This document shows positions 39,654 to 49,385 of a DNA stretch of 64,000 nucleotides, one piece after another (position 1 is the first letter of the stretch; each line of letters begins with the position of its first letter). Source of the DNA: Syntrophorhabdaceae bacterium (GTDB lineage Bacteria > Desulfobacterota > Syntrophorhabdia > Syntrophorhabdales > Syntrophorhabdaceae); NCBI GenBank assembly GCA_963666485.2, contig CAXXUO010000006.1, positions 32,001 to 96,000 of the forward strand, read 5' to 3'. The translations under genes and the position numbers were made by a program. Below the pieces are notes generated by a model. The model did no database searches and was not told the origin of the DNA. It was given only the letters and a program-made list of their open reading frames with translations.

Positions 39654-40960
39654 TAATTTACGAGATTGGACAGGACAAGGACCGTCCAGTACGGGGAGAA
39701 CATAAGAAGGATGATAGAGACGATGTATGCGGGGACGTAATAGAACGAGCCTCTGAACACCGTCCCGAGAGGGATATCCTTGGCCATGCCGGCCACGACG
39801 TAACAGCATATTCCAATGGGCGGCATGATCGAACCCATTGTCGTGACGATGCATATGACCTGGCCGAACCATATCGGGTCGTAACCGAGCTGGGTGACAA
39901 GCGGGTAAAAGATCGGCAGCGACACGAGGAGAAATGCAAGGGCATCCATGACGCACCCGCCGATTATGTAGCAAAAAATAATGAGCCACAGGAGGACCCA
40001 GTTCGGCAAGGCAAGGCCGCTGATCCACCCCGCAATTTCAAAGGGAAGCCGGGTTACGGTGATAAACCGGCCGAATATGACGGCCCCGGCTACGATCATG
40101 AAAACGAGGCAGGATATCCGGAGCGTGTCGACGACCGATTTCATGAAGCCGTCCCACGAGAGCTTCCTGCGTACGAGGCATATGATGAGTGCGAGGGTGC
40201 AGCTCGCCGCGGCCGCTTCCGTGGCTGTCACGACGCCCGTGAAGAGGGCGTACATGATGATCGCGAAGAGGATCAGGATATCAATGATGTCCGGCAGTGC
40301 CCGGAAACGTTCGCGCCACGTGCTCTTTTCCGCCTTGGGCCCCCAGTCGGGATGGCGCCAGCAGATGAACCCGACGGTCGCCGCGATGGCGGCGGTGAGG
40401 ATAGCACTCGGGATAACGTTCCCGAAGAAGAGTTTCCCGATCGATTGCCCCGTATAGAGGCCGTAGACGACAAGGACGATGCTGGGAGGTATAAGGACAC
40501 CCAGCGTGGCCCCTGCGGCGACGGACCCGGCATTGAGCATGGGATGGTAGTTATACTTCTTCATCTCGGGGATCGCGACGGAGCTCATTGTCGCGGCAGT
40601 CGCCGTATTGCTCCCCGATATCGCGGAGAAGGCCGCGCATGCCATGATCGTCGTTATCGCGAGTCCGCCCTTGTAGTGCCCGAACCACTTATGCGTCGCG
40701 TTGTAGAGGCCGTTATTGTAGCCCGCATAGTGGACGAACTCCCCGACGAGGATGAACATGGGTATGACGGTCAGCCCGTAGTTCGAGAATATGCCCCACA
40801 TGTCCCCGCCGATCATCCCGAACGCGGCCTTGAAATTCGTCACGTACGCGACACCGAGGAACCCGATGATCGCCATCGTGAAACCCGCAGGTATCCGCAG
40901 GAAGAACAGGGTGGCAAACATGATGATGATACCGAATACGCCAACGATTGGTCCTTCCAT
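39653..40960 (-). CDS. dctM: TRAP transporter large permease
   Basis: IPMFILVG, FSAISGS..ATAA, LIPPSIVLVVYG, PIWFG, PPIG. Confidence 0.93.
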   Translation of the reverse strand: MEGPIVGVFGIIIMFATLFFLRIPAGFTMAIIGFLGVAYVTNFKAAFGMIGGDMWGIFSNYGLTVIPMFILVGEFVHYAGYNNGLYNATHKWFGHYKGGLAITTIMACAAFSAISGSNTATAATMSSVAIPEMKKYNYHPMLNAGSVAAGATLGVLIPPSIVLVVYGLYTGQSIGKLFFGNVIPSAILTAAIAATVGFICWRHPDWGPKAEKSTWRERFRALPDIIDILILFAIIMYALFTGVVTATEAAAASCTLALIICLVRRKLSWDGFMKSVVDTLRISCLVFMIVAGAVIFGRFITVTRLPFEIAGWISGLALPNWVLLWLIIFCYIIGGCVMDALAFLLVSLPIFYPLVTQLGYDPIWFGQVICIVTTMGSIMPPIGICCYVVAGMAKDIPLGTVFRGSFYYVPAYIVSIILLMFSPYWTVLVLSNLVN

Positions 40961-40962
40961 CC

Positions 40963-41445
40963 CTAGTCCTCCTCGTGGAACAGGTTTTTGAGAAACTGGA
41001 CGAACGTGGTAAACGCGAGCAGAATGAAGCCCGCGGCTGTCATGAAAATGTAGGGATGGAATACGACCTTCAGGGTTTCGGAGACCTCGTCCCCCTCCAT
41101 GATCTTCATTCCCCAGACGTAAAGCTGCCAGGCCACGATCCCGAAAAATATCGTCATGGCGATGGACGCCACTTTATCGATGGTCTGTTTTGCAATGTCA
41201 GGGAACCTGTCCGTAAGGATATCGACGACGATGTGGTCCCTTCGCTTCTGCGTGTATCCGAGGGCAAAGGCGATAACGACCGCCCCGAGAAAAGAGACGA
41301 TCTCGTATGTGCCCCTGAAAGGCATGTGAAAGATCCTCATGACAACATTGCCCGTGGCGAGCAGCATCAGGGCAAGAACGGCGATACCGGCCAGGAACAT
41401 CAGGATCTTGTTGAAGAAATTGTTGATCATGTCCAGGTACTTCAT
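40963..41445 (-). CDS. dctQ: TRAP transporter small permease
   Basis: Four TM segments; NVVMR..GTYEIV, HIVVDIL. Confidence 0.9.
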   Translation of the reverse strand: MKYLDMINNFFNKILMFLAGIAVLALMLLATGNVVMRIFHMPFRGTYEIVSFLGAVVIAFALGYTQKRRDHIVVDILTDRFPDIAKQTIDKVASIAMTIFFGIVAWQLYVWGMKIMEGDEVSETLKVVFHPYIFMTAAGFILLAFTTFVQFLKNLFHEED

Positions 41446-41475
41446 GAACCCTCCCAGGATCTATCCGGATGTCAC

Positions 41476-41490
41476 GTATACTGTATACAA
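41476..41490. promoter_or_regulatory. Putative GntR-type operator GTATACTGTATACAA (copy upstream of dctQ)
   Basis: Identical 15-mer at 42921-42935. Confidence 0.55.
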
Positions 41491-41548
41491 CACGTACAGG
41501 TCCGAATAAACCGGGGCCATGACGCACGGCCCCGGTCATCCTTAGACG

Positions 41549-42586
41549 TTATTTACCCTTGAACTGTTTTTCGTATTTGTCCCTCAGCATGTATGCGTCC
41601 TTGATGATCTTGTCGCCGGCAAGGCCCTTGGCGCTGACGCGTTTGATATAGTCGTCGATCATCGGTTTTGTGAGCCTCGGGATCTCTGCCATCTCGGAAG
41701 CAGGAAGCTTTATGATCTCGAGTTTGTATTTGTCCTTGGACCATTTGATGGCTTCGTTAACATGGTCATCAACGTATTTCCCGGTCCATTCCATCTGCTC
41801 ACGCCTTAAGTCATCCAGGACTTTCTTGACATCGGCCGGCAGCGCATTCCATTTTTCCTTGTTCATGACGACGGCGAATGTCACGACGAAGAGGTTCGTC
41901 TCGGTCGCATACGGTGTGTATGCGGCGAAATTGAAATCCTGGAGGATCTCCATCGACGATACGACGCCCTTCACGACGCCTTTCTGCAGGGCCTCGGGGG
42001 TGTCAGACTGCGGCATTGCGATCGGGATCGCGCCCAGTTTCTTGACCGCCTCGGCACCGGTACCGGAGACCCTCAGTTCCATACCCTTCAGGTCTTTCAG
42101 GGATTTTACAGGTTTCGTTGTCATGAAGTCGGCAGGCGGGCAGGTGAAGACGGTGAGGAGCTTTACCTTGTCGAATTCCTGGGGATATTTCTCGAGGAGG
42201 TCAAAAAGGGCCCGGCTCGCCGCCTTGGAGCTTGTGAAGCCGAGCGGCAGGTCGATCGCCTCGGATACCGGGAAACGGCCCGGCTGGTAGCTCATCGCAA
42301 AGTTACCGATATCGGCGGTGCCGGCGATGACGCCGTCAAAGATATTCTTTGCGGGCAGCAGCGTGCCGCCCGGGAATGTCTGCACTTTTACCTTGCCGTT
42401 CGTCCTCTTCTCCACCTCCTTGGCCCAGCGTTCCATCTGGACGCACGGAAAGGTCTTTGCTGGCGGGAAATTCGCGTAGGTCAGCGTTATTTTGGTCTGA
42501 CTCTGAAGATTGCCGCTGTAGATGACGAACGCCCCGAGTAACAAGACAGCTAAACCGAGAACAAACAGCGATCTTTTGCCCTTCAT
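41549..42586 (-). CDS. dctP: TRAP substrate-binding protein
   Basis: Signal peptide; WAKEVEKRTNGKVKV..FPGGTL, DLKGMELRV, ALQKGVVKG. Confidence 0.93.
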   Translation of the reverse strand: MKGKRSLFVLGLAVLLLGAFVIYSGNLQSQTKITLTYANFPPAKTFPCVQMERWAKEVEKRTNGKVKVQTFPGGTLLPAKNIFDGVIAGTADIGNFAMSYQPGRFPVSEAIDLPLGFTSSKAASRALFDLLEKYPQEFDKVKLLTVFTCPPADFMTTKPVKSLKDLKGMELRVSGTGAEAVKKLGAIPIAMPQSDTPEALQKGVVKGVVSSMEILQDFNFAAYTPYATETNLFVVTFAVVMNKEKWNALPADVKKVLDDLRREQMEWTGKYVDDHVNEAIKWSKDKYKLEIIKLPASEMAEIPRLTKPMIDDYIKRVSAKGLAGDKIIKDAYMLRDKYEKQFKGK

Positions 42587-42829
42587 AACAACCCCCTTTG
42601 GTTTTGCGGCCCCGTGTGCGGGCCGGTGTTCCTATAATGTTTCTTGCGTGATGCAAAAGTTAGAATGTGCGTATGAACGGGAGATATGAAACCAGAAGTG
42701 CAACCCTTCCCCTGACACCCTATGGCCATTTCCATGAAAAAAACCGTGTTTTTTTAAAGCTTTTCCCGAATTGTTACCAACACATGCCGGTTACATCCTA
42801 AAAGATCCCCTGAAAACTCTATCCTACTA

Positions 42830-42935
42830 TTGTATACAAAATCCCGTAAATGACAATCGAAAAAATATAAAAAATATCGCTTGACACTGATTTGTGCATC
42901 TACTATCATTGACCATATAGGTATACTGTATACAA
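42830..42935 (+). promoter_or_regulatory. Sigma70 promoter (TTGACA 42881-17 nt-TATCAT 42904) flanked by TGTATACAA operator boxes (42830-42839, 42921-42935)
   Basis: Canonical spacing; perfect palindrome TTGTATACAA at 42830. Confidence 0.7.
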
Positions 42936-43032
42936 AGCAGTATTTGTGTCAAGGAAAAAACGATCTGCATTTCATTAGCCGGCGGGAAAGATTTTCGATG
43001 CCGGCGTCAGCATACATTGAAGGAGGGTTTCG

Positions 43033-44220
43033 ATGGATGTTTTTAAAAAAATGACAATGCTGTCGTTGGAGCAGGCAACCGTACTTCCTTATCTCAGTTA
43101 TCGCCTTGCAATGGACGGAATGAACATCATCAGGCTCGAACACCCGGTCTACGGGGACCCGAACCGGATGATCGGCGAGAACCGCCTGGGCGAGGAAAAG
43201 ATGAACACCTATTTCATGGCCATCAATTCCGGCAAGAAATGCGTGACCCTCGACCTCGGGTCGCCGGAAGGCAAGGAGATCTTAAAGGACCTGATCCTCA
43301 AGCTCAATGTCGATATCTTCGCCACAAACCAGCTGCCGAGGAACTATGAAAAGCTCGGCATCGATTATGCCACGCTAAAATCGATCAAACCCGACATTAT
43401 ATGGGTGGGGCTCACCGGTTTCGGGCCGGACAGCAACGAGGCAGCGTACGACCCGATCCTCCAGGCGCGCGGCGGCCTGATGGAGTTAACGGGAGAAGCA
43501 GGCAAAGACCCCCAGGTCGTCGGCATTCCGCTTCCCGACATGGGGACGAGCGAACACGCCTACGGCCTTGTCATGAAATCCCTCGCGAAACGGGCAATGA
43601 CGGGTGAAGGCAGCCGGATCGACGTGTCGATGTTTATGTCCACGACATCCTGGCTCACGGTCCCCATCACGCTCACAAAATCATTCGGCAACAAGATCTC
43701 GCGCAGGGGCAATACGCACGAGTTTTTCGCACCTGTCTCCGTCTACGAGACGAAAGACGGCTACGTTTACATCGCCGTGGGGAACGACCGGCAGTTCCAG
43801 TCGATGACCCAACTGCCCGGCTTCGAGAAGCTTGCCAAACCCGAGTATGAAAAGAACAAGGGCCGCATTGCGGACGTAAAGAACCTCAATGATATTATCA
43901 ATGAATGCACGCGGCAGAAGACGACCGCCGAAATGATCGAGATGTGCAACAAGGCAACCATCGCAATATCCAAGGTCAACACTGTCGAAGAGGTGATCGA
44001 GGACGTGTACGTCAAGAACGCGATGCTTTCCTCGACAGACCCGAAGACGGGCACGAAGATCTGGATGGCGCCCCCGCCGTTCATGACCGAGTTCCTCAAG
44101 GAATCGAACCGCGCAATGACGTTTCCCCCGAGATTTGGGGAGAACAACGCCGAGATATACGGAAAGATCGGATATTCAGCCGAGAAACAGGCCGGCTTCA
44201 AGGAAAAGGGAGTCATATAG
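43033..44220 (+). CDS. Family III CoA-transferase (CaiB/BbsF-like)
   Basis: GDPNR, INSGKKCVTLDL, AYDPILQARGGLM, catalytic-position Asp in PLPDMG. Confidence 0.92.
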   Translation: MDVFKKMTMLSLEQATVLPYLSYRLAMDGMNIIRLEHPVYGDPNRMIGENRLGEEKMNTYFMAINSGKKCVTLDLGSPEGKEILKDLILKLNVDIFATNQLPRNYEKLGIDYATLKSIKPDIIWVGLTGFGPDSNEAAYDPILQARGGLMELTGEAGKDPQVVGIPLPDMGTSEHAYGLVMKSLAKRAMTGEGSRIDVSMFMSTTSWLTVPITLTKSFGNKISRRGNTHEFFAPVSVYETKDGYVYIAVGNDRQFQSMTQLPGFEKLAKPEYEKNKGRIADVKNLNDIINECTRQKTTAEMIEMCNKATIAISKVNTVEEVIEDVYVKNAMLSSTDPKTGTKIWMAPPPFMTEFLKESNRAMTFPPRFGENNAEIYGKIGYSAEKQAGFKEKGVI

Positions 44221-44244
44221 TCTCCACTTTTGTAAAGAGGATGC

Positions 44245-45204
44245 ATGAGCATCGTCGATGACATCCTGAGCGGTAACGAAAGAAGCGCGGCCCGGCTGAT
44301 CACCAGCATAGAGAACGGGGATGCGAGCGCGTACCGGGATCTCGCGGTCCTCTTTTCCCGTGCGGGCAATGCGCATGTCATCGGTGTGACGGGCCCGGCA
44401 GGCGCGGGCAAGAGCACGCTCGTGGGGCGCCTTGCCGTGGAGATGGCCGGGCGCGGCAGGCATGTCGGGATCATCGCTACGGACCCTTCGAGCGTGAGCG
44501 GAAAGGGCGCATTCCTCGGGGACCGGGTGCGCATGAAAGGGGCCGAGGACCGGGACATATTCATCCGTTCGATGGCCCACCGGTCGTATCCCGGAGGGGT
44601 CGCGAAGGCATCGGCGGCCGCGGCCTACGTCATGGAGGGACTCGGCAAGGACTGCATCATCATGGAGAGCATAGGGGCCGGACAGTCGGACAAAGACCTC
44701 TTTTTCCTGTGTGATACAGTGATCACGCTCTTTACCCCGGAATACGGTGACGATATACAGCTTTTCAAGGCCGGGCTCATGGAGATCGGGGACATCATCG
44801 TTGTCAATAAATCGGACAAGCCCGGCGCGGACGATGCCGTGCGCGAAATTAGCATCGCGGTTGACCGGAGTGCCAGGTCGAATGGATGGCATGTCCCGGT
44901 GCTTGCCTCGCAGGCCGTAAGCGGTACGGGGGTCGGCAACCTCGCGGATGCCGTGGAGGCGCACCGTCTTGCCGTGAAGGGGCATGATAAACTCTCCGAG
45001 AGAAAGGCCGGGCATCTCGAGGCATTCCTGACCGCACTTCTCAAGGAAGAATTGTGGCAAAGGATATCCGACAGGATAACAGGGCACGATGTGTTCAGGG
45101 AATTCTCGAACGAGGTCCTGTCCGGAAAGATGGACCCGTACAGCGCCGTGCATATCATACTTGAAAAATTGGAACGGGAATTAGTAATAGGTAATGGATA
45201 CTAG
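44245..45204 (+). CDS. meaB: MeaB/ArgK GTPase chaperone of B12 mutases
   Basis: GVTGPAGAGKSTL, DPSS, LGDRVRM, FIRSMA, KAGLMEIGDIIVVNKSD. Confidence 0.93.
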   Translation: MSIVDDILSGNERSAARLITSIENGDASAYRDLAVLFSRAGNAHVIGVTGPAGAGKSTLVGRLAVEMAGRGRHVGIIATDPSSVSGKGAFLGDRVRMKGAEDRDIFIRSMAHRSYPGGVAKASAAAAYVMEGLGKDCIIMESIGAGQSDKDLFFLCDTVITLFTPEYGDDIQLFKAGLMEIGDIIVVNKSDKPGADDAVREISIAVDRSARSNGWHVPVLASQAVSGTGVGNLADAVEAHRLAVKGHDKLSERKAGHLEAFLTALLKEELWQRISDRITGHDVFREFSNEVLSGKMDPYSAVHIILEKLERELVIGNGY

Positions 45205-45264
45205 GAAAAGGCGATAGGCTATAGGCAATTGGCGGTAGGAAAATACGCGAAAGGCTGGCGCTAA

Positions 45265-46425
45265 ATGGACTTCTCGTTGACCACGGAACAAAAATTCTTC
45301 AAGGGGCAGGTGTCACGCGCTCTCGAGCGTATTGTCGCGCCGTTCGCGGATTCCATCGACAGGACCGATGTGTTCCCCGGGGAGCTTTTCCGGGAACTCG
45401 GCGCACTCGGGTATTACGGGATACGCTATCCGTTGGATATAGGGGGGATGGGCGCCGACTGTATATCTTTCACCATACTGGCCGAAGAACTTGCACGGGC
45501 CTCGATCGGGTTTGCGGCGATCGTGACGATGCAATGCCTCATGGGAACAGACTTCATATACCGGTTCGGGAATGCTGAACAGAAGAAGAACTACCTCATC
45601 CCGGCGATCAAGGGCGAAAAGATCGGCACGATCGCGTTCACCGAGCCGGATTGCGGCTCCGACCTCGGCGGGATCAAGACGCGGGCGGTGAGGACCGACA
45701 GGGGATATGTACTGAACGGCCGCAAGCTCTGGATCACGGACGGCGACGTCGCCGATTTCGTGACCGTTGCCGCGACTACCGACCCGTCAAAACGGCTCAG
45801 CGGGATCGGCTTCTTCCTGGTCCCGAAAGGCACGCCCGGATTTACGACAGGCCAGAAGATCGAAAAAATGTCGGCCCGGGGGGCGGCGACGATGGAGCTC
45901 ATATTCGACGAGTGCCAGGTGCCCGCGGACAGCCTCATGGGAGAAGAAGGGAAGGGCGCAAAATACCTAAATGACATATTGAGCGAGATCAGGATCATGA
46001 TCGCGGGTTTAGGGCTTGGCCTTGCAAAAAGCGCTTTCGTGGCGGGCCTCAAGTATGCCCGTGAGCGCGAGGCGTTCGGCAGGCCGATCGGTAAATTCCA
46101 GCTCATCGAGGAGAAACTGGCCGAGATGGAGGTAAGGATAAAGTCCGCGGAACTTTTGACCTATCACGCGGCATGGCTCAAGGATACAGGGCACTTAACG
46201 GGCAAAGAGGCCGCCATGGCGAAATTCTATTCGACGGAAACCGCGTGCTATGTCGTCGACGAGGTATCGCGGATCCATGGCGCGTACGGGCTCGCCCAGG
46301 AATACCCGGCACAGAGGTATTTCCGGGACGGCCGGTTCCTGCTCTTCGGCGGCGGGACGTCCGAGATATTAAAATCGATCATTGCAAAAGATATAATGAA
46401 AAGATCCGATTTCGAGATCAACTGA
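45265..46425 (+). CDS. Acyl-CoA dehydrogenase family protein 1
   Basis: FTEPDCGSD, LNGRKLWIT, REAFGRPIGKFQ, HGAYG, GGGTSEI. Confidence 0.93.
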   Translation: MDFSLTTEQKFFKGQVSRALERIVAPFADSIDRTDVFPGELFRELGALGYYGIRYPLDIGGMGADCISFTILAEELARASIGFAAIVTMQCLMGTDFIYRFGNAEQKKNYLIPAIKGEKIGTIAFTEPDCGSDLGGIKTRAVRTDRGYVLNGRKLWITDGDVADFVTVAATTDPSKRLSGIGFFLVPKGTPGFTTGQKIEKMSARGAATMELIFDECQVPADSLMGEEGKGAKYLNDILSEIRIMIAGLGLGLAKSAFVAGLKYAREREAFGRPIGKFQLIEEKLAEMEVRIKSAELLTYHAAWLKDTGHLTGKEAAMAKFYSTETACYVVDEVSRIHGAYGLAQEYPAQRYFRDGRFLLFGGGTSEILKSIIAKDIMKRSDFEIN

Positions 46426-46436
46426 AGGAGGGGTGT

Positions 46437-47585
46437 ATGAATTTTGCTTTTACGGAGGAACAGGAATTCTTCAAAAAGATCGTAACGGACACGGTCGACA
46501 AGATGGTCGTGCCCAAGGCGCGCGAGATTGATGAGAAGGATGAGTTCCCCTGGGAATTGTGGAAGGATTTTACGAAGCTCGGGTATCTCGGTCTGCGTTA
46601 TCCCGAGGAGATAGGGGGCATGAATGCCGACCCCGTAACGGCGATGATCTTCTATGAGCAGATCGCGCGCGGCTCAGTCGGTTTTGCACAGAGCGTTATC
46701 ATGAATATCCTCATGGGGACGTATTTCATCTACCGTTTCGGGTCACAGGCGATCAAGGAGCGCTGCCTCTATCCGGCCATGCGGGGCGAAAAGATATCGA
46801 CGATGTGCTTCACGGAGGACCAGTCGGGTTCCGACCTCTCCGCGACACGCACCACCGCCGTGAAGGACGGTAACGAGTGGATCATAAATGGCACGAAGAT
46901 GTGGATAACGAACGGCCCCGTGGCCGATTTCGTGACCGTCCTCGCAACGACGGATTTATCCCTCGGTGCGAAAGGCCTTAACTTCTTCCTGGTAGAAAAA
47001 GGGACCCCCGGATTTTCCCCGGGCCAGGTCCTCGACAAACTGGGATGCCGCGGCACCGTGACGGGCGAACTGGTCTTTGACAACGTCAGGATACCGGAAG
47101 AGAACCTCCTTGGTGCCGAGATCAATAAAGGCATCGAGTACCTCGGGGAGATCCTCGACGAGGTGCGCGTCATGACCGGCGCGATGGCGATGGGGATAGC
47201 CCAGGCCGCCTACGACGAGGGGCTCGAGTATGCCCGCAAGAGGATAGCGTTCGGCAAGCCGATTGGCAGCTATCAGCTTATCAGAGCCAAATTCGCGGAC
47301 ATGGCAACGGAGATGGAGGCCTCACGGCTCCTCATCTATTCCGCGGCGTGGAAGATGAAGGAAAAGCTGCCGAGCCGCATCGAGGCCGCGATGGCAAAAA
47401 TGTTCGCGACGGAGACATGCTGCAGGGTCGTGGACGAGGTGACGAGGATCTGGGGGGCGAACGCGTTCGCCAATGAATACAACCCGGCGCGTCATTTCAG
47501 GGATGCGCGCTTCCTCCTGTATGGCGGCGGCACGCACGAGATACTGAAAGATTTCATGGGGCGGCTCCTTATAGGCAAGGCATGA
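46437..47585 (+). CDS. Acyl-CoA dehydrogenase family protein 2
   Basis: FTEDQSGSD, INGTKMWITNG, RIAFGKPIGSYQ, GGGTHEI; RBS GGAGG, start ATG 46437. Confidence 0.93.
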   Translation: MNFAFTEEQEFFKKIVTDTVDKMVVPKAREIDEKDEFPWELWKDFTKLGYLGLRYPEEIGGMNADPVTAMIFYEQIARGSVGFAQSVIMNILMGTYFIYRFGSQAIKERCLYPAMRGEKISTMCFTEDQSGSDLSATRTTAVKDGNEWIINGTKMWITNGPVADFVTVLATTDLSLGAKGLNFFLVEKGTPGFSPGQVLDKLGCRGTVTGELVFDNVRIPEENLLGAEINKGIEYLGEILDEVRVMTGAMAMGIAQAAYDEGLEYARKRIAFGKPIGSYQLIRAKFADMATEMEASRLLIYSAAWKMKEKLPSRIEAAMAKMFATETCCRVVDEVTRIWGANAFANEYNPARHFRDARFLLYGGGTHEILKDFMGRLLIGKA

Positions 47586-47628
47586 GCATGAGCTGTCCGC
47601 ACTTAAGCGGTGAGCGAGGTGTAGGCAT

Positions 47629-48399
47629 ATGAACATCATAGTCCTGGTAAAACAGGTCCCCGACCCGGAAGCGCTCGTGGAGATTGCCGCGAGCGGAAAA
47701 GACCTTAATATCGAGCCCAAGTTCGCAATAAACCTCTTCGACGAATTCGCACTGGAAGAAGCCCTGCGGCTCAAAGAGAAGCACGGCGGCTCTGTGAAGG
47801 CCATCTGCCTCGGCGGCCCGAAGGCGATAGAGGCCCTGCGTACCGCCGTTGCAATGGGGGTGGATGAAGCGGCACTCATAGAGGACGAGTCATTCACCGG
47901 CCGTGACGGGTACGACACAGCGCTCGTCTTGAGTCGGGCGCTCAAGAACGAGACGTACGATATCATCCTGTGCGGGCGGCAGGCCATAGACAGGGACAGG
48001 GCCGAGGTGCCGCAGATGGTGGCCCAGTTCCTCGGCATTCCCCATGTCGGCGTTATTGTAAAGCTCGACATTGCTGACGGTAAGGCGACCGCGGAATCCG
48101 CCCTCGAGGGTGTGGCCGAGGTTGTGGAAGTGGGGCTTCCCGCTATTTTTACAGCCCAGAAAGGGCTGAACGAGCCGCGGGTCCCTTCCATTGTCGGCGT
48201 CATGAAGGCCATGAAAGTCCAGATACCGAAGATCACGGTGGACAGCCTCGGCGTATCGCCGGATGCCGGGCAGAAGACATCCGTAGAGCGATACCTGCCG
48301 CCGAAGAAGCGGCCGGCCGTGCAGATCATCGAGGGAGAGCCCGCGCAGGCGGCGGCGGAGATCGTACGGATCCTCGTCGATGTCGAACGGGCCATATAG
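47629..48399 (+). CDS. etfB: Electron transfer flavoprotein beta subunit (FixA)
   Basis: VLVKQVPD, FDEFALEEALRLKE, GRQAID, NEPR. Confidence 0.95.
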   Translation: MNIIVLVKQVPDPEALVEIAASGKDLNIEPKFAINLFDEFALEEALRLKEKHGGSVKAICLGGPKAIEALRTAVAMGVDEAALIEDESFTGRDGYDTALVLSRALKNETYDIILCGRQAIDRDRAEVPQMVAQFLGIPHVGVIVKLDIADGKATAESALEGVAEVVEVGLPAIFTAQKGLNEPRVPSIVGVMKAMKVQIPKITVDSLGVSPDAGQKTSVERYLPPKKRPAVQIIEGEPAQAAAEIVRILVDVERAI

Positions 48400-48407
48400 G
48401 GGGCGCT

Positions 48408-49385
48408 ATGGACACGATCATTATATTCGTCGAAACGAAAGGTGATGAGATCAGGAAAGCCTCCATGGAGCTTCTGTGCGAAGGTGCGCGGGTCGCTGCC
48501 GGGGGAAAATTTACCGTCGAAGCCGTGTGCGTGGGAACCCTCTCGGAGGGTGTAAAGGCGAGACTCCTCACTATGGCGCCGAAGCTGATTCATCTTACCG
48601 ACGCTTCTCTGGCCGCTTACAGCCCCGAAGGCTATGCATATGCGGTTGCGGGTTATGCCAAAGAATCCGGGGCGAAGATCATCATGGCAGGGGCGACCGG
48701 CATCGGGAGGGATTTCCTTCCCCGTGTTGCCGTCATGCTCGAAGCCGGGATGATATCGGACGCCACCGTGGCAAACTGGGACAGCGACCCGATGACGTTC
48801 ATCCGGCCGCAGTTCGGCGGAAAGGTCTTCGCCGAGGTCTCTTTCCGGACCCCCGTTGTCGTCACGATACGGCCGAACAGCTTTGGCCTCGAAATGCCCG
48901 GCGCCATCGAGGGGCACTATGTCGAAAAACCGGCAGGCATACCGGAGGGAACGGTCCGGACAAAGATCGTACGGCGCGCTGAGCCGCGGGAAGGGACAGT
49001 CGACCTTACGGAAGCCGATCTCATCGTAGCCGGCGGACGCGGCCTCAAGGCTGCGGAGAACTTCAAGCTCATCGAGGACCTGGCAGGCGTTATTGGTGCG
49101 ACCGTGGGGGCGACCCGTTCGGTTGTCGACGCAAAATGGCGCGACCAAACGGACCAGATCGGCAAGAGCGGGAAGACCGTGTCGCCGAAGCTGTACATCG
49201 GTGCCGGCATATCGGGGGCGATCCACCATATCATGGGGATGGACACGTCCAAGGTCGTGGTGGCCATCAACCGTGATCCGAACGCGATCATCTTCAATTA
49301 TGCCAATTACGGTATTGTCGGTGACCTCTTCGATGTGCTCCCGGCAATGACGGAAGAGATAAGGAAACGCAAGGAAAAGGAATAA
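48408..49385 (+). CDS. etfA: Electron transfer flavoprotein alpha subunit (FixB)
   Basis: VAGGRG, QIGKSGKTVSPKLYIGAGISGAIHH. Confidence 0.95.
   Translation: MDTIIIFVETKGDEIRKASMELLCEGARVAAGGKFTVEAVCVGTLSEGVKARLLTMAPKLIHLTDASLAAYSPEGYAYAVAGYAKESGAKIIMAGATGIGRDFLPRVAVMLEAGMISDATVANWDSDPMTFIRPQFGGKVFAEVSFRTPVVVTIRPNSFGLEMPGAIEGHYVEKPAGIPEGTVRTKIVRRAEPREGTVDLTEADLIVAGGRGLKAAENFKLIEDLAGVIGATVGATRSVVDAKWRDQTDQIGKSGKTVSPKLYIGAGISGAIHHIMGMDTSKVVVAINRDPNAIIFNYANYGIVGDLFDVLPAMTEEIRKRKEKE

Noticed and set aside
47322..49229. 635-aa minus-strand ORF, and similar long antisense ORFs (52406-53809, 58068-59288, 9325-10413)
   Set aside because: Shadow frames of well-supported plus-strand genes in GC-rich DNA, with no recognisable motifs.
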